This document shows, piece after piece, positions 27,936-36,799 of a DNA stretch of 47,141 nucleotides. Position numbers and translations under genes: made by a program. The DNA comes from Synergistaceae bacterium (GTDB taxonomy: Bacteria > Synergistota > Synergistia > Synergistales > Synergistaceae): contig JAITNX010000100.1 in assembly GCA_031290235.1 (NCBI GenBank), positions 1 through 47,141 on the forward strand. The letters run 5' to 3'. The notes beneath the pieces are model-generated. The model was not told the origin of the DNA and ran no database searches. It saw nothing but the letters and a program-made list of their open reading frames with translations. The first letter of the stretch is position 1. Each line of letters begins with the position of its first letter.

Positions 27936-29063
27936 ATGCAGCTTGGGAAGGATTTCATAAAGGCCTTGAAGCAGATAGAGGTGGAGAAGGGCTTGCCGGT
28001 GGAGATAATAGCCTCCAGCCTCGAAGCCGCCATGGTGTCAGCATATAAAAAGTATAAAAATGGAAACCAGGAGGTCAACGTTCACTTGAGCCCAGGAAGC
28101 GGGGAAATATCCTTGGCCGAGAAGTATCTCATAGTCGAGGCGGTGGAGAACCCGGATGCTGAGTGGACCATCGACGAAGCGAAGAGTAATGGGCATGACG
28201 GACTCGAAATAGGAGATTACGCATACGTGGAGGTCAATCCCGAAAACTTCGGCAGGATAGCCGCGCAGACTGCCCGGCAGGTTATAATCCAGCGATTGAA
28301 GGACGCGGAGCGCCAGATAATCTTCAACGAATTTGCCGACCATATCGGAGACCTCGTGACTGGGACGATATTCAAGGCAGAGGGAGATCAGATACTCGTG
28401 CGGGTCAACGACAGGACGGATGCCCTGTTGCCCAAGGAGGAGAGAATCTCCGGCGAGGCGTGCCCGCCAGGTGAGCGCAGGAAGTTCCTGCTGCTGGATG
28501 TCCGCAAGACGACAAGGGGACCTCGCATAGTTGTATCGCGGACTCACCCCGGGCTGCTCAAGAAGCTCATGGAGCTTGAGGTGCCGGAGATAGCGGAGGG
28601 GACGGTCGAGATCAGGTCGATAGTGAGAGAGGCAGGCACGAGGGCCAAGATAGCGGTGGCATCCCTCGATGCGAATGTGGATCCTGTGGGGGCCTGCGTT
28701 GGCACTGCGGGGGCCCGGATAAAATCGATCAGCGAGGAGCTGGGAGGCGAGCGCATAGACGTAATAGTCTGGAACGGCGACCCGATGCAGTTCGTCCGCA
28801 ATGCCCTCTCCCCGGCGAAGGTTGCAAAAATAGAGCCAGTTCTGGAACAGGAGCACTCCCTCCGCGTCTATGTGAGGCAGGATCAATTGTCTTTGGCCAT
28901 AGGCAAGGCCGGACAGAACGTCAGGCTTGCGGCGAGGCTTACGGGGTGGAAGATAGACATAAAGGTCATTGAGCCGGAGAGACTGCCTACCATGCAGGAC
29001 CTCTTCGAGGATATAATAAAGGTTAGCGGGGAGTCGTTGTGGGAGGACCTTCCAAAGAACTGA
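27936..29063 (+). CDS. nusA: Transcription termination/antitermination factor NusA
   Basis: S1 (GDLVTGTIFKAEGDQILV) and KH1/KH2 (GACVGTAGARIKSI; LAIGKAGQNVRLAARLTGWKIDI). GAGGAGGAG SD. Confidence 0.92.
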   Translation: MQLGKDFIKALKQIEVEKGLPVEIIASSLEAAMVSAYKKYKNGNQEVNVHLSPGSGEISLAEKYLIVEAVENPDAEWTIDEAKSNGHDGLEIGDYAYVEVNPENFGRIAAQTARQVIIQRLKDAERQIIFNEFADHIGDLVTGTIFKAEGDQILVRVNDRTDALLPKEERISGEACPPGERRKFLLLDVRKTTRGPRIVVSRTHPGLLKKLMELEVPEIAEGTVEIRSIVREAGTRAKIAVASLDANVDPVGACVGTAGARIKSISEELGGERIDVIVWNGDPMQFVRNALSPAKVAKIEPVLEQEHSLRVYVRQDQLSLAIGKAGQNVRLAARLTGWKIDIKVIEPERLPTMQDLFEDIIKVSGESLWEDLPKN

Positions 29064-29332
29064 CCGTGCCCCGCAGACGCCCAAGGCGGTGTGTGGGCTG
29101 CGGAGGAGAATTTGCGAGGGGCGGCCTCATCCGAGTTGTTCGCTCTCCGGAAGGCGCCGTGATGATTAACGCAGGCGCTAAGACGCCGGGGCGTGGGGCT
29201 TATGTGTGCATGAACAGAGGCTGCGTGGCCATGGCGCGCAAAAAAAACGCGTTGGCGAGGGCCCTTAAAACAGCGGTCGGTCCTGAGATATACGACGGGC
29301 TGGAGGAACTGTGCGTTGAAGGGACGGGGTGA
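29039..29332 (+). CDS. ylxR: YlxR/RnpM family (DUF448) RNA-binding protein
   Basis: RRCVGCG...GRGAYVC motif. GTG 29039 lies behind GGGGAG and overlaps the nusA end. Confidence 0.8.
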   Translation: MGGPSKELTVPRRRPRRCVGCGGEFARGGLIRVVRSPEGAVMINAGAKTPGRGAYVCMNRGCVAMARKKNALARALKTAVGPEIYDGLEELCVEGTG

Positions 29333-29363
29333 GAACGTAGTAAGGCTGTCGGAGGAGGAACGT

Positions 29364-29660
29364 ATGACCCGCGCGCTCTCGCTCCTGGGGATGGCAAGGC
29401 GGGCCGGCTGCCTGCTTATAGGCCAGGATCGCGTGTTGGGAGCGAAGGGGGACTTGTTTATATTGACGGCGGAGGACTGCTCGCCCTCGGTCCTGCGTAA
29501 AGTCGCCCCAAGGTTGGTCAAAGGCGTGAGCGTGTGCCTGAATATGAGAGGCGTCACGCGTGAGACGCTTGGCAGATCGGTCGGGGTGAACGGCGCACAG
29601 ATAGCAGCCCTCCCCATAGGGAGCGGCTTTATAAAGAATTTGGCTGAACTTCTGCAATAG
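29364..29660 (+). CDS. ylxQ: L7Ae/L30e-like ribosomal-protein-family protein (YlxQ)
   Basis: LLGMARRAGCLLIGQD. ATG 29364 lies behind GGAGGAGGAA. Confidence 0.75.
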   Translation: MTRALSLLGMARRAGCLLIGQDRVLGAKGDLFILTAEDCSPSVLRKVAPRLVKGVSVCLNMRGVTRETLGRSVGVNGAQIAALPIGSGFIKNLAELLQ

Positions 29661-29675
29661 GGGGGCATTGCGTTA

Positions 29676-31739
29676 ATGAATAAAATCAGGGTATATGAAT
29701 TGGCAAAACTTTTAGGAAAGACAAATCCTGAGCTGCTTGACAAGCTCAAAGAGTTCGGGATTGAGGTAAAAAACCACATGAGTTCCATAGATATGGAAGT
29801 TGCCCAGATGGTTGAGGACTCCTTCAAGGGTACGGCAAACGGCCCCTCACGGCTTGCATCTGGCGGTGGAGATCGCTCTGAACCGACCGGCGGAAAGCGG
29901 ATTGCAATAGGTGAGGCCGCAACCGTCGGCGATATCGCGAAACAGCTTGGAAAGGCGCCGGCGGACCTCGTAAAGATCCTGATAGACGAGGGCTTCATGA
30001 TACCGGCCAATACGGTCCCGAGCGACGACGTATTGACAGTTATAAGTCTCGCTTTTAACTGCGAGATAACTAAGGGCGATACAGAGACCACGCCACTGGA
30101 GGAGGTCAAGGCGCCTCCGGCGGAAGTCTCCAAGGTTTCGCAGGAAAAGAGAGATGCCACGGCAGAGACCGCCGCGGTTGTCGCAGTCCCGCGGAAGAGG
30201 GCGCCGGCCGTTGATGTGCCGGACGCCGTCGCAAGGTCCCCAATTGTGACGGTCATGGGTCACGTGGATCACGGAAAGACCACCCTGCTGGATTTCATAC
30301 GCCACACAAGGGTCACTGAAGGTGAGGCTGGGGGCATTACCCAGCACATAGGCGCTTACAAGGTGAACTACAACGGAAACGAGATAGTTTTCCTCGATAC
30401 ACCGGGCCATGAAGCCTTTACAGCGATGAGAGCGCGGGGAGCCGGCGTGACCGATATTGCTATACTGGTGGTGGCGGCCGATGACGGTGTGATGCCTCAG
30501 ACGCTGGAGGCGCTTAACCACGCCAAAGCCGCCGGAGTCCCGATAATAGTGGCGGTAAATAAGGTGGACAAGCCAGACGCAAAACCCGAGCGAGTCAGGC
30601 AGCAGCTCTCCGACTACGGTCTCGTGCCAGAGGAGTGGGGCGGCGACGTCGTCATGGTGGACGTCGCGGCGAAGGTCGGCACAGGCATCGACACCCTGCT
30701 TGAAATGGTCCTTCTCGTGGCCGAGATGTCAGAGCTCAAGGCCTCGACCACTGTGTCAGCCGAGGGGGTTGTCGTTGAAGCGAACCTCGACAAGGGCAAA
30801 GGCCCAGTAGCTACCATAATAGTGCAGCAGGGCTCGCTTAAACGAGGGAGCATAATAGCTACCGATACGTCGTGGGGCAAGATAAGGGCGATGCTCGACG
30901 ATGCCGGCAAATCCATCGACGCGGCAGGACCCAGCACCCCTGTCGAAATTCTGGGCCTCGAGAACGTTCCGATGCCTGGGGAGACATTCCGCATAATGTC
31001 GTCTGAGAGGGAAGCGCGCGATTTGGTCAGCGCCGGCGCGAGGCGTGAGTCGGATCAGATCAAAGGGCGCGGCAGACTCACGCTCGAGGAACTCTACGAA
31101 CAGATGCAGTCGGACGATGTGCCACAGTTGAACGTCGTGCTAAAATGCGACGTTCAGGGTTCGCTGGAGGCGTTCCACTCGACTCTCATGAAGATGAGTA
31201 CGGACGAGGTGCGGATAAGCATTATACACGAGGGGGTCGGAAGGATCTCCGAATCTGACGTTACACTGGCGTCGGTCTCTAACGCGATTATAATAGGCTT
31301 CAACGTGCGCCCGGATTCCAATGCCAAAAAACTTTCCGAGTCAGAAAACATCCAGATACGCCTGTACAGGGTCATTTATGACATGCAGGAGGATATAAAG
31401 GCGGCGCTGGAGGGAATGCTCGCTCCGACGCTGCGTGAGAACATAGTGGGACAAGCCGAGATCAGGGCGAGCTTCAAGGTCCCTAAGATCGGTCGTATCG
31501 CCGGCTGTTTTGTGCTGGATGGCGCCATCAAGCGCAGCACAAAGGTCCGTGTCGTCAGGGATGGCGTGGTCTTGTGGGATGGTTCGCTCTCCGGGCTGCG
31601 GCACTTCAAGGAGGACGTGCGCGAGATAGCGTCTGGAAACGAGTGCGGGCTGAGCTTCTCCGGTTTTCAAGATTTCCGCGATGGGGATGTCGTCGAGGCG
31701 TATGAGATCCTCTCCGAGAAGAAGACGCTGGATCTCTAG
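29676..31739 (+). CDS. infB: Translation initiation factor IF-2
   Basis: G domain [25 protein letters not shown]. Confidence 0.93.
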   Translation: MNKIRVYELAKLLGKTNPELLDKLKEFGIEVKNHMSSIDMEVAQMVEDSFKGTANGPSRLASGGGDRSEPTGGKRIAIGEAATVGDIAKQLGKAPADLVKILIDEGFMIPANTVPSDDVLTVISLAFNCEITKGDTETTPLEEVKAPPAEVSKVSQEKRDATAETAAVVAVPRKRAPAVDVPDAVARSPIVTVMGHVDHGKTTLLDFIRHTRVTEGEAGGITQHIGAYKVNYNGNEIVFLDTPGHEAFTAMRARGAGVTDIAILVVAADDGVMPQTLEALNHAKAAGVPIIVAVNKVDKPDAKPERVRQQLSDYGLVPEEWGGDVVMVDVAAKVGTGIDTLLEMVLLVAEMSELKASTTVSAEGVVVEANLDKGKGPVATIIVQQGSLKRGSIIATDTSWGKIRAMLDDAGKSIDAAGPSTPVEILGLENVPMPGETFRIMSSEREARDLVSAGARRESDQIKGRGRLTLEELYEQMQSDDVPQLNVVLKCDVQGSLEAFHSTLMKMSTDEVRISIIHEGVGRISESDVTLASVSNAIIIGFNVRPDSNAKKLSESENIQIRLYRVIYDMQEDIKAALEGMLAPTLRENIVGQAEIRASFKVPKIGRIAGCFVLDGAIKRSTKVRVVRDGVVLWDGSLSGLRHFKEDVREIASGNECGLSFSGFQDFRDGDVVEAYEILSEKKTLDL

Positions 31740-31759
31740 CACGGTGAGAGAACAGCGGC

Positions 31760-32071
31760 ATGAAACCCTGGATGGGCGTGGCTCTTTTTTCCATAAAAAT
31801 ATATGACGCGGGCAGTCTCAAGGACAGGAGACAGGTGGTAAGGTCGCTTCTGGAACGTCTTAAACATTTCAACGCGTCAACGGCCGACCTTGGTCCCGAC
31901 GGTTCGTGGAGCGTGGCGGATATGGCGGTGTCCTGTATTGGTTCCTCTCATAAAGAGATGGAGTCACGTTTGGATCAGCTCTTCTCCTTAATGGAGAGAA
32001 GCGAGGCAGAAGGCGAGTTCGAGATATTGAATGCGCGTCGCGAGGTGTTTTCTTATGGCGATTTCTTTTAG
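31760..32071 (+). CDS. ylxP: DUF503 protein (YlxP-like)
   Basis: It holds the conserved position between infB and rbfA. The ~100-aa protein contains GSLKDRRQVVRSL. Confidence 0.7.
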   Translation: MKPWMGVALFSIKIYDAGSLKDRRQVVRSLLERLKHFNASTADLGPDGSWSVADMAVSCIGSSHKEMESRLDQLFSLMERSEAEGEFEILNARREVFSYGDFF

Positions 32072-32414
32072 GATAGAGCGTCTGAACCGTGAATTTTTGC
32101 GGCTTATAGCCGATATGCTCGCCAACAGAGTTAAAAACGAGCTGGCATCCGAGGCTATATTGACTCATGTGGACTGCTCGCGTGACCTGAGCCACGCGAA
32201 AGTGTATTTCACGATAATCAACGAGTCAAGGAAGGACGACATCGCGCATGCCCTCGATGCGACGAGGGGCGCTATAAGAGGCATGTTGGGCAGGGAGATG
32301 CATATAAGGCAGATCCCAGAGCTTCACTTCATATATGACGACTCGGAGAAGGTGGCGAGATCCATCGACGAACTGATCGACAGGACGCTTAAAGAAGATC
32401 TCGAAAAGGGCTGA
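32055..32414 (+). CDS. rbfA: Ribosome-binding factor A
   Basis: RIERLNREFLRLIADML...LTHVDCSRDLSHAKVYF. ATG 32055 overlaps the ylxP end. Confidence 0.85.
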   Translation: MAISFRIERLNREFLRLIADMLANRVKNELASEAILTHVDCSRDLSHAKVYFTIINESRKDDIAHALDATRGAIRGMLGREMHIRQIPELHFIYDDSEKVARSIDELIDRTLKEDLEKG

Positions 32415-32430
32415 GAAATTTTGGTGAATT

Positions 32431-33444
32431 ATGCTGAGTGAAACTTCCGTTTTTCCGTCCGATGAAATGAATGAGATAATTGACGTGCTCGACAGAGCCG
32501 TCAAGTGGCTTGTTCTGTCCCACGAAAAACCGGATGGCGACACGACAGGCTGCGCCGCGGCAGTGGCCCGCCTGGGCATTCGGCTGTCCAAGGAAGTAAC
32601 TCTCGGCGGCCCGGATCCCTGTCATGAGCAATATGAATTTTTACTCGACGGCATGAATTTTCGTATATTGAGAGAAATCCCGGCTGGCTTTATTGGGGGC
32701 GACTCCGCTATAATATGTCTGGACACCAGCACGGCTGACCGCGCAGTGCATGGAGTGATCGAGGCTTCTTCGTCCTGTCCGGTAATAAATATTGATCATC
32801 ATCCGGATAACGAAAGGTTTGGGACTGTGAACTGGATTGACGCCACAGCGTCCGCGACCGGGGAGATGATCACGGAGATGTTGTCCTCTTCCCCGTGGGG
32901 AGTTGACAAACAGGAAGCTGAGGCGCTGTACGTGGCGATAGTGACGGACAACGGTGACTTCCGGTTTCCGTCGGCAACAGTGAGAAGTCATGAGTGCGCC
33001 ATAAGCCTGATGGAGTCCGGGGCTGTACCGAGCAGACTGGCGGCCATACTCGAAGCCAGCCTGTCGTCGGAGGTCCTTAGGCTGTGGGGGAGGGCATTGT
33101 CAAGGACAGAGCTATTCGCCGGAGGCCGCGCGGCCGTTTACTGGCTGGGATTGGATGATTTTGAGGCGAATGGCGTTACCAGAGGCGATACGAATGGTCT
33201 TGTCAATTTTTTGCTTAAAATAAAAGGCGTAAGATTGGCAGCTCTCTGCAGCGAGACGGATGACGGCGTAAGGGTGAACCTCAGAACGAGGCCTCCATTC
33301 AGCGCCAGGGATGTGGCGGTCGTATTTGGAGGCGGAGGTCACGAGCTTGCGTCAGGCTGCACGATCAAGGCGCCGATGAGCGAGGCGTTAGCTTTGTTGA
33401 GGCTTGAGATGGAGAGAAATGCCGCAAGGCATCCTGCCGATTAA
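32431..33444 (+). CDS. nrnA: DHH/DHHA1 phosphoesterase (NrnA-like oligoribonuclease / pAp phosphatase)
   Basis: HEKPDGDTTGC, NIDHHPDN, TDNGDFRF, GGGGHELASG. Confidence 0.8.
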   Translation: MLSETSVFPSDEMNEIIDVLDRAVKWLVLSHEKPDGDTTGCAAAVARLGIRLSKEVTLGGPDPCHEQYEFLLDGMNFRILREIPAGFIGGDSAIICLDTSTADRAVHGVIEASSSCPVINIDHHPDNERFGTVNWIDATASATGEMITEMLSSSPWGVDKQEAEALYVAIVTDNGDFRFPSATVRSHECAISLMESGAVPSRLAAILEASLSSEVLRLWGRALSRTELFAGGRAAVYWLGLDDFEANGVTRGDTNGLVNFLLKIKGVRLAALCSETDDGVRVNLRTRPPFSARDVAVVFGGGGHELASGCTIKAPMSEALALLRLEMERNAARHPAD

Positions 33445-34342
33445 CAAGCCGATAGGAGTTCGCAGCACGCTGTGCGTGGAGAGGGTGAAGCGGGCGTTGG
33501 GGCGCGGCGTCAAGGTAGGACACGGAGGAACGCTAGATTCGACGGCTTCCGGAGTTCTGGTACTGCTGATTGGAGGAGCGACCAGGTTAAGCGGTTTTAT
33601 AATGCGGATGCCCAAGGTCTACAGGGCTTTAGTGAGGTTAGGAGTGGAGACCACGACCTGTGACTACGCCGGAGAGCCTTCCGGCGGCGCGAGCTGGAGA
33701 GGCGTCGTGGACGAGGATGTGGATTTGGCGCTGATTTCTTGTCTTGGCTGGAGGATGCAAGTTCCGCCAAAGGTGTCGGCGGTTCACGTTGGGGGCCGCA
33801 GAGCCCACGAGGTCTTTCGCGGGGGCAGCGACCCGGATGTTAAACCAAGGCCGGTTTTTGTGGAGAGCGCAAGGCGGGTGACGCCCATATCCACGGAGGG
33901 AGAGTTTTCTCTTATGATAAAATGTGGAAAGGGCACATACGTTAGAAGCATAGCCAGAGACATCGGCAGATTCCTGGGTTGCGGCGCTCATCTCGGCGCT
34001 CTGGAGAGAGAGAGCATAGGTCCGTTCAAGCTGCCCAGGGCGTTCGACTTCGATCCGGAGTCAGGCCCGGACGGGAGACGCATCGTTGAATCGCTTCTGC
34101 CTCCGGAAGCGATGGGAGAGTTCCTGCCGGCTTATGACGTTACAGAGGAGGATGCGACGAGGCTTGAAAGGGGGCTTCCAGTTCCATTTTCAAGGGCGAG
34201 CCGCAGAACGCTGGGCTGTTCGCCAGCAGCGGGGGAGATTTTGCTCGTTTCAGACGGACTCTGCTCCGTGGCTGGTCTTGGGCGTCGTGACGGATGTTTG
34301 TGCATGTTGCCTGAAGTAAATATTGTCAGTGATAAATCTTGA
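33419..34342 (+). CDS. truB: tRNA pseudouridine(55) synthase TruB
   Basis: GILPINKPIGVRS...GHGGTLDSTASGVLVL (catalytic Asp). ATG 33419 lies behind GGAGAG. Confidence 0.9.
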   Translation: MPQGILPINKPIGVRSTLCVERVKRALGRGVKVGHGGTLDSTASGVLVLLIGGATRLSGFIMRMPKVYRALVRLGVETTTCDYAGEPSGGASWRGVVDEDVDLALISCLGWRMQVPPKVSAVHVGGRRAHEVFRGGSDPDVKPRPVFVESARRVTPISTEGEFSLMIKCGKGTYVRSIARDIGRFLGCGAHLGALERESIGPFKLPRAFDFDPESGPDGRRIVESLLPPEAMGEFLPAYDVTEEDATRLERGLPVPFSRASRRTLGCSPAAGEILLVSDGLCSVAGLGRRDGCLCMLPEVNIVSDKS

Positions 34343-34375
34343 TTCAAAGAATCTATTCTTATCGAGGTTTTGCCA

Positions 34376-35308
34376 ATGATAGTGACGATAGGAACGTTTG
34401 ACGGTTTTCACCGGGGACACCAGACACTACTTCAACGTGCGTACACCAGGGCCATAGAGTCCGGGACCACCTGGGGGGTGATAACGTTCAGGATGATGAC
34501 TGGTTTTAAGGATTTCAAGTCCCTGTTCACTCAAAAAGAGCAGATGACGCTGGAAAAGTTCTTTGCTATCCCTGTCGTACACAGGATTGATTTTACGTAC
34601 GAGATATCGAATATGGCGCCCCCTGAGTTTCTCGATTTCATAGGCGAAAGTCTCGGGGTAACAGGCATAGTCATTGGCCGAGACTTCAAGTTTGGCAAGG
34701 ACAGGGCGGGCGATGCGTGGTTCTTGGAGTACGAGTGTCCTGTGCGCGGCTGGTCCATAGATACTCTGCCAGTGCTCAAGACCAACATCGGCATGCCGCT
34801 GGGCAGCACCGGAATTCGCTCCGCGGTAACGTACGGCCGGCTGGAGCACGTTGCGGAGCTTCTGGGTTATCCATACTTCTGCCAAGGCGTTGTAATCCAC
34901 GGGGACGATAGAGGTTCGACGCTAGGGTTCCCGACCGCGAACTTCGAAATCAGCAAAGAGAAGGTCGAAGTCAGGCGCGGGGTATACTCCACGCTTGTAT
35001 TTGTCGGCGGCAATTGGTATATAGGCGCCGCCAATATAGGAGTCAACCCAACTTTCCCGGGCTCGAGGAGTAAACACATCGAGGTAAACCTCTTGGGCTA
35101 CGAGGGACAATTGTATGGAGAGGAGCTGACCATATTCCTCCTTTCTCACATCAGAGATGAGATTCGTTTTGGAAACGTGGAAAAACTCAAAAATCAGGTA
35201 ACCCTGGATATTAGAAGGATCAGAGAAATAGCTGAGGAGTCCATGAAAAGTTACCCGGACTTCTGGCACAGGATGGGCTGCGCCATAGCCGCAGTCCCGC
35301 CCATATAA
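34376..35308 (+). CDS. ribF: Bifunctional riboflavin kinase / FMN adenylyltransferase
   Basis: GTFDGFHRGHQ (FAD synthetase) and LGFPTANF...GVY...NIGVNPTF (riboflavin kinase). Confidence 0.9.
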   Translation: MIVTIGTFDGFHRGHQTLLQRAYTRAIESGTTWGVITFRMMTGFKDFKSLFTQKEQMTLEKFFAIPVVHRIDFTYEISNMAPPEFLDFIGESLGVTGIVIGRDFKFGKDRAGDAWFLEYECPVRGWSIDTLPVLKTNIGMPLGSTGIRSAVTYGRLEHVAELLGYPYFCQGVVIHGDDRGSTLGFPTANFEISKEKVEVRRGVYSTLVFVGGNWYIGAANIGVNPTFPGSRSKHIEVNLLGYEGQLYGEELTIFLLSHIRDEIRFGNVEKLKNQVTLDIRRIREIAEESMKSYPDFWHRMGCAIAAVPPI

Positions 35309-35334
35309 GCCAGTCTGGCTGGCTGGCGTTTTTT
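35309..35334 (+). terminator. Rho-independent terminator ending the rimP...ribF operon
   Basis: GCCAG-N9-CTGGC followed by GTTTTTT. Confidence 0.65.
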
Positions 35335-35434
35335 ATAAGATAACCGGAATGATATCAAATTAAGAAGCCGCGCTCTATCAAATCGTTCAATTGCAAGCGG
35401 CGGCCCTCAGGGTAAATGAGGACCGCCGCTTACT

Positions 35435-35680
35435 TCAATCTAAATAGTCTCCGGTATCGTAGCTGTTGATCTGTTTTTTTACCTTGATGATAATGGAGCC
35501 GTCATCCTTGGTCTTCTCGTCTACGATAATATACTTTGTGCGGTTGCGCTCAAGGAGCTGCTTATAGCTCTCAAACTCCTCCTTTACCATGCGAACAGCC
35601 AAAGCGTGAGCAATATTTTCCTTCAATTGGAAATGAATAGTCTGTCTGAGGCATGCTGATTGAATGCGTCTCACTCTCAT
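35435..35680 (-). CDS. Small hypothetical protein, paralog 1 (81 aa) in AT-rich islet
   Basis: MRVRRIQSACLRQTIHF...IIIKVKKQINSYDTGDYLD. It shares its N-terminal (RI-SACL-QTI-F) and C-terminal (Y----GDY-D) blocks with the neighbouring ORF. A strong hairpin lies at 35395..35431, just past the stop. Confidence 0.55.
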   Translation of the reverse strand: MRVRRIQSACLRQTIHFQLKENIAHALAVRMVKEEFESYKQLLERNRTKYIIVDEKTKDDGSIIIKVKKQINSYDTGDYLD

Positions 35681-35710
35681 TACCTGCCTTTGTTTTTTTG
35701 AGGTTAATTG

Positions 35711-35911
35711 TTAATCAAAATAATCTCCTATGGGATGTCTGTTGTAATCCCTGATAAGTTTTACCATGACCGAATTATCAGGCTGGCTTTTCGCTCCGAC
35801 AACCTTGTGTTTGACGCCTTTTCGATTGAGATTGGCGATAAAGGCCTGATGCTCCTCTTCCGATTCAAACTTGATGGTTTGTTCCAAGCATGCGCTGAGA
35901 ATGCGTTTCAT
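35711..35911 (-). CDS. Small hypothetical protein, paralog 2 (66 aa) in AT-rich islet
   Basis: MKRILSACLEQTIKFESEEEH...VMVKLIRDYNRHPIGDYFD. ATG 35911 lies behind GGGGGAGGTG. The ORF-track start at 35947 is an extension. Confidence 0.55.
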   Translation of the reverse strand: MKRILSACLEQTIKFESEEEHQAFIANLNRKGVKHKVVGAKSQPDNSVMVKLIRDYNRHPIGDYFD

Positions 35912-36255
35912 TTTTTTCACCTCCCCCTGACAACACATCTGCCGCATAAAACTGTATTGTCAAAATTGGTATCAATTATTCATATTTGGGATATCTATCC
36001 CAAACTAGTCAATATAGGATTATGTTTACTATATGAATAGTAACATTATCCTCACGTAAATTCAAGTAATCTATGCGGAGAATAATTAAAAATATCGGCA
36101 TTTAATGGATTATAATGAATATAACCACATAGTAAGTTGAATATTTCGAATTATATTTATTTGATTTACTTTGTAATGTTTAAATCGTGAACGCGGCTGG
36201 AATTATCGATGTCGATGCACAAAAAACATATAGACAACAAAAAGGATTGGCTAAG

Positions 36256-36498
36256 TCACTCTCCATTTTCCTCTCCGTCCAGATCCTCCAGGTCCTTCAT
36301 ATAGCTTTTCCATAATTTAATAGCGATTGCCGCCAGCGCGGAGCCGGCAAAAAATCCGAGCGCGGCGGTCACAGGGCGTCCCTTGCCGGCAAGGTAGCCT
36401 CCGACGCCGCCGATCAAGTACCCGTAACAGATGACTGTTCCAACGGAACAGAACAGCGTCGCCAGCCTTTTAATTGTCGCTCTGGTCTCAAGTTTCAT
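36256..36498 (-). CDS. Small membrane protein (two TM, glycine-zipper-like; acidic tail)
   Basis: MKLETRATIKRLATLFCSVGTVICYGYLIGGVGGYLAG...GFFAGSALAAIAIKLW...DLEDLDGEENGE. ATG 36498 with GAGG 6 nt upstream. Confidence 0.5.
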   Translation of the reverse strand: MKLETRATIKRLATLFCSVGTVICYGYLIGGVGGYLAGKGRPVTAALGFFAGSALAAIAIKLWKSYMKDLEDLDGEENGE

Positions 36499-36546
36499 GT
36501 ACCGCCTCAATCTCACTTCAAGGTCCGTTTCGGAACCTTCAATAAT

Positions 36547-36712
36547 AAAAAACCGATCCCCCGGCAGGAGGCCCAGCTTGCCACGGCGCTCGAAGAGCTT
36601 TGCTTACCGTTGCTTCCTTCCGGACCTGGCGGGATTCACAATTCTTCGCCGCATGGGACTGGGCCTCCTGCGGAGGAGCGATTCATTTCGCCGGCTGAAT
36701 ACCGGCGAACTT
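36547..36712 (-). ncRNA. ffs: Signal recognition particle RNA (4.5S/SRP_bact type, ~165 nt with an extra 5' hairpin)
   Basis: The minus strand contains CCCGCCAGGTCCGGAAGGAAGCAACGGTAAG. Its CAGGTCCGGAAGGAAGCA core matches the E. coli 4.5S domain IV/GGAA tetraloop region as I remember it. It is closed by a 12-bp helix CAGGAGGCCCAG/CTGGGCCTCCTG and ends in a T-run (36552-36547). Boundaries are approximate. Confidence 0.85.
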
Positions 36713-36716
36713 TGCA

Positions 36717-36745
36717 ATCATAACATGCCGTGACTTCGATGACAA
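36717..36745 (-). promoter_or_regulatory. Promoter of SRP RNA
   Basis: Minus strand reads TTGTCA (36745-40), 17 nt, TATGAT (36722-17). Confidence 0.6.
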
Positions 36746-36799
36746 GATCCCGCGCGCTTAAAACCCCTTATGAGGAGCGTGTGGATTTACTTTGTTTCG

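Noticed and set aside
28038-30256. 348-aa and 457-aa minus-strand ORFs overlapping nusA, ylxR, ylxQ and infB
   Set aside because: These are antisense shadow ORFs with low-complexity Arg/Ser/Pro-rich translations. The plus strand carries unambiguous NusA and IF-2 motifs.
36431-36733. 100-aa plus-strand ORF
   Set aside because: It lies antisense across the SRP RNA gene and the start of the small membrane ORF. The SRP domain IV sequence explains the region.
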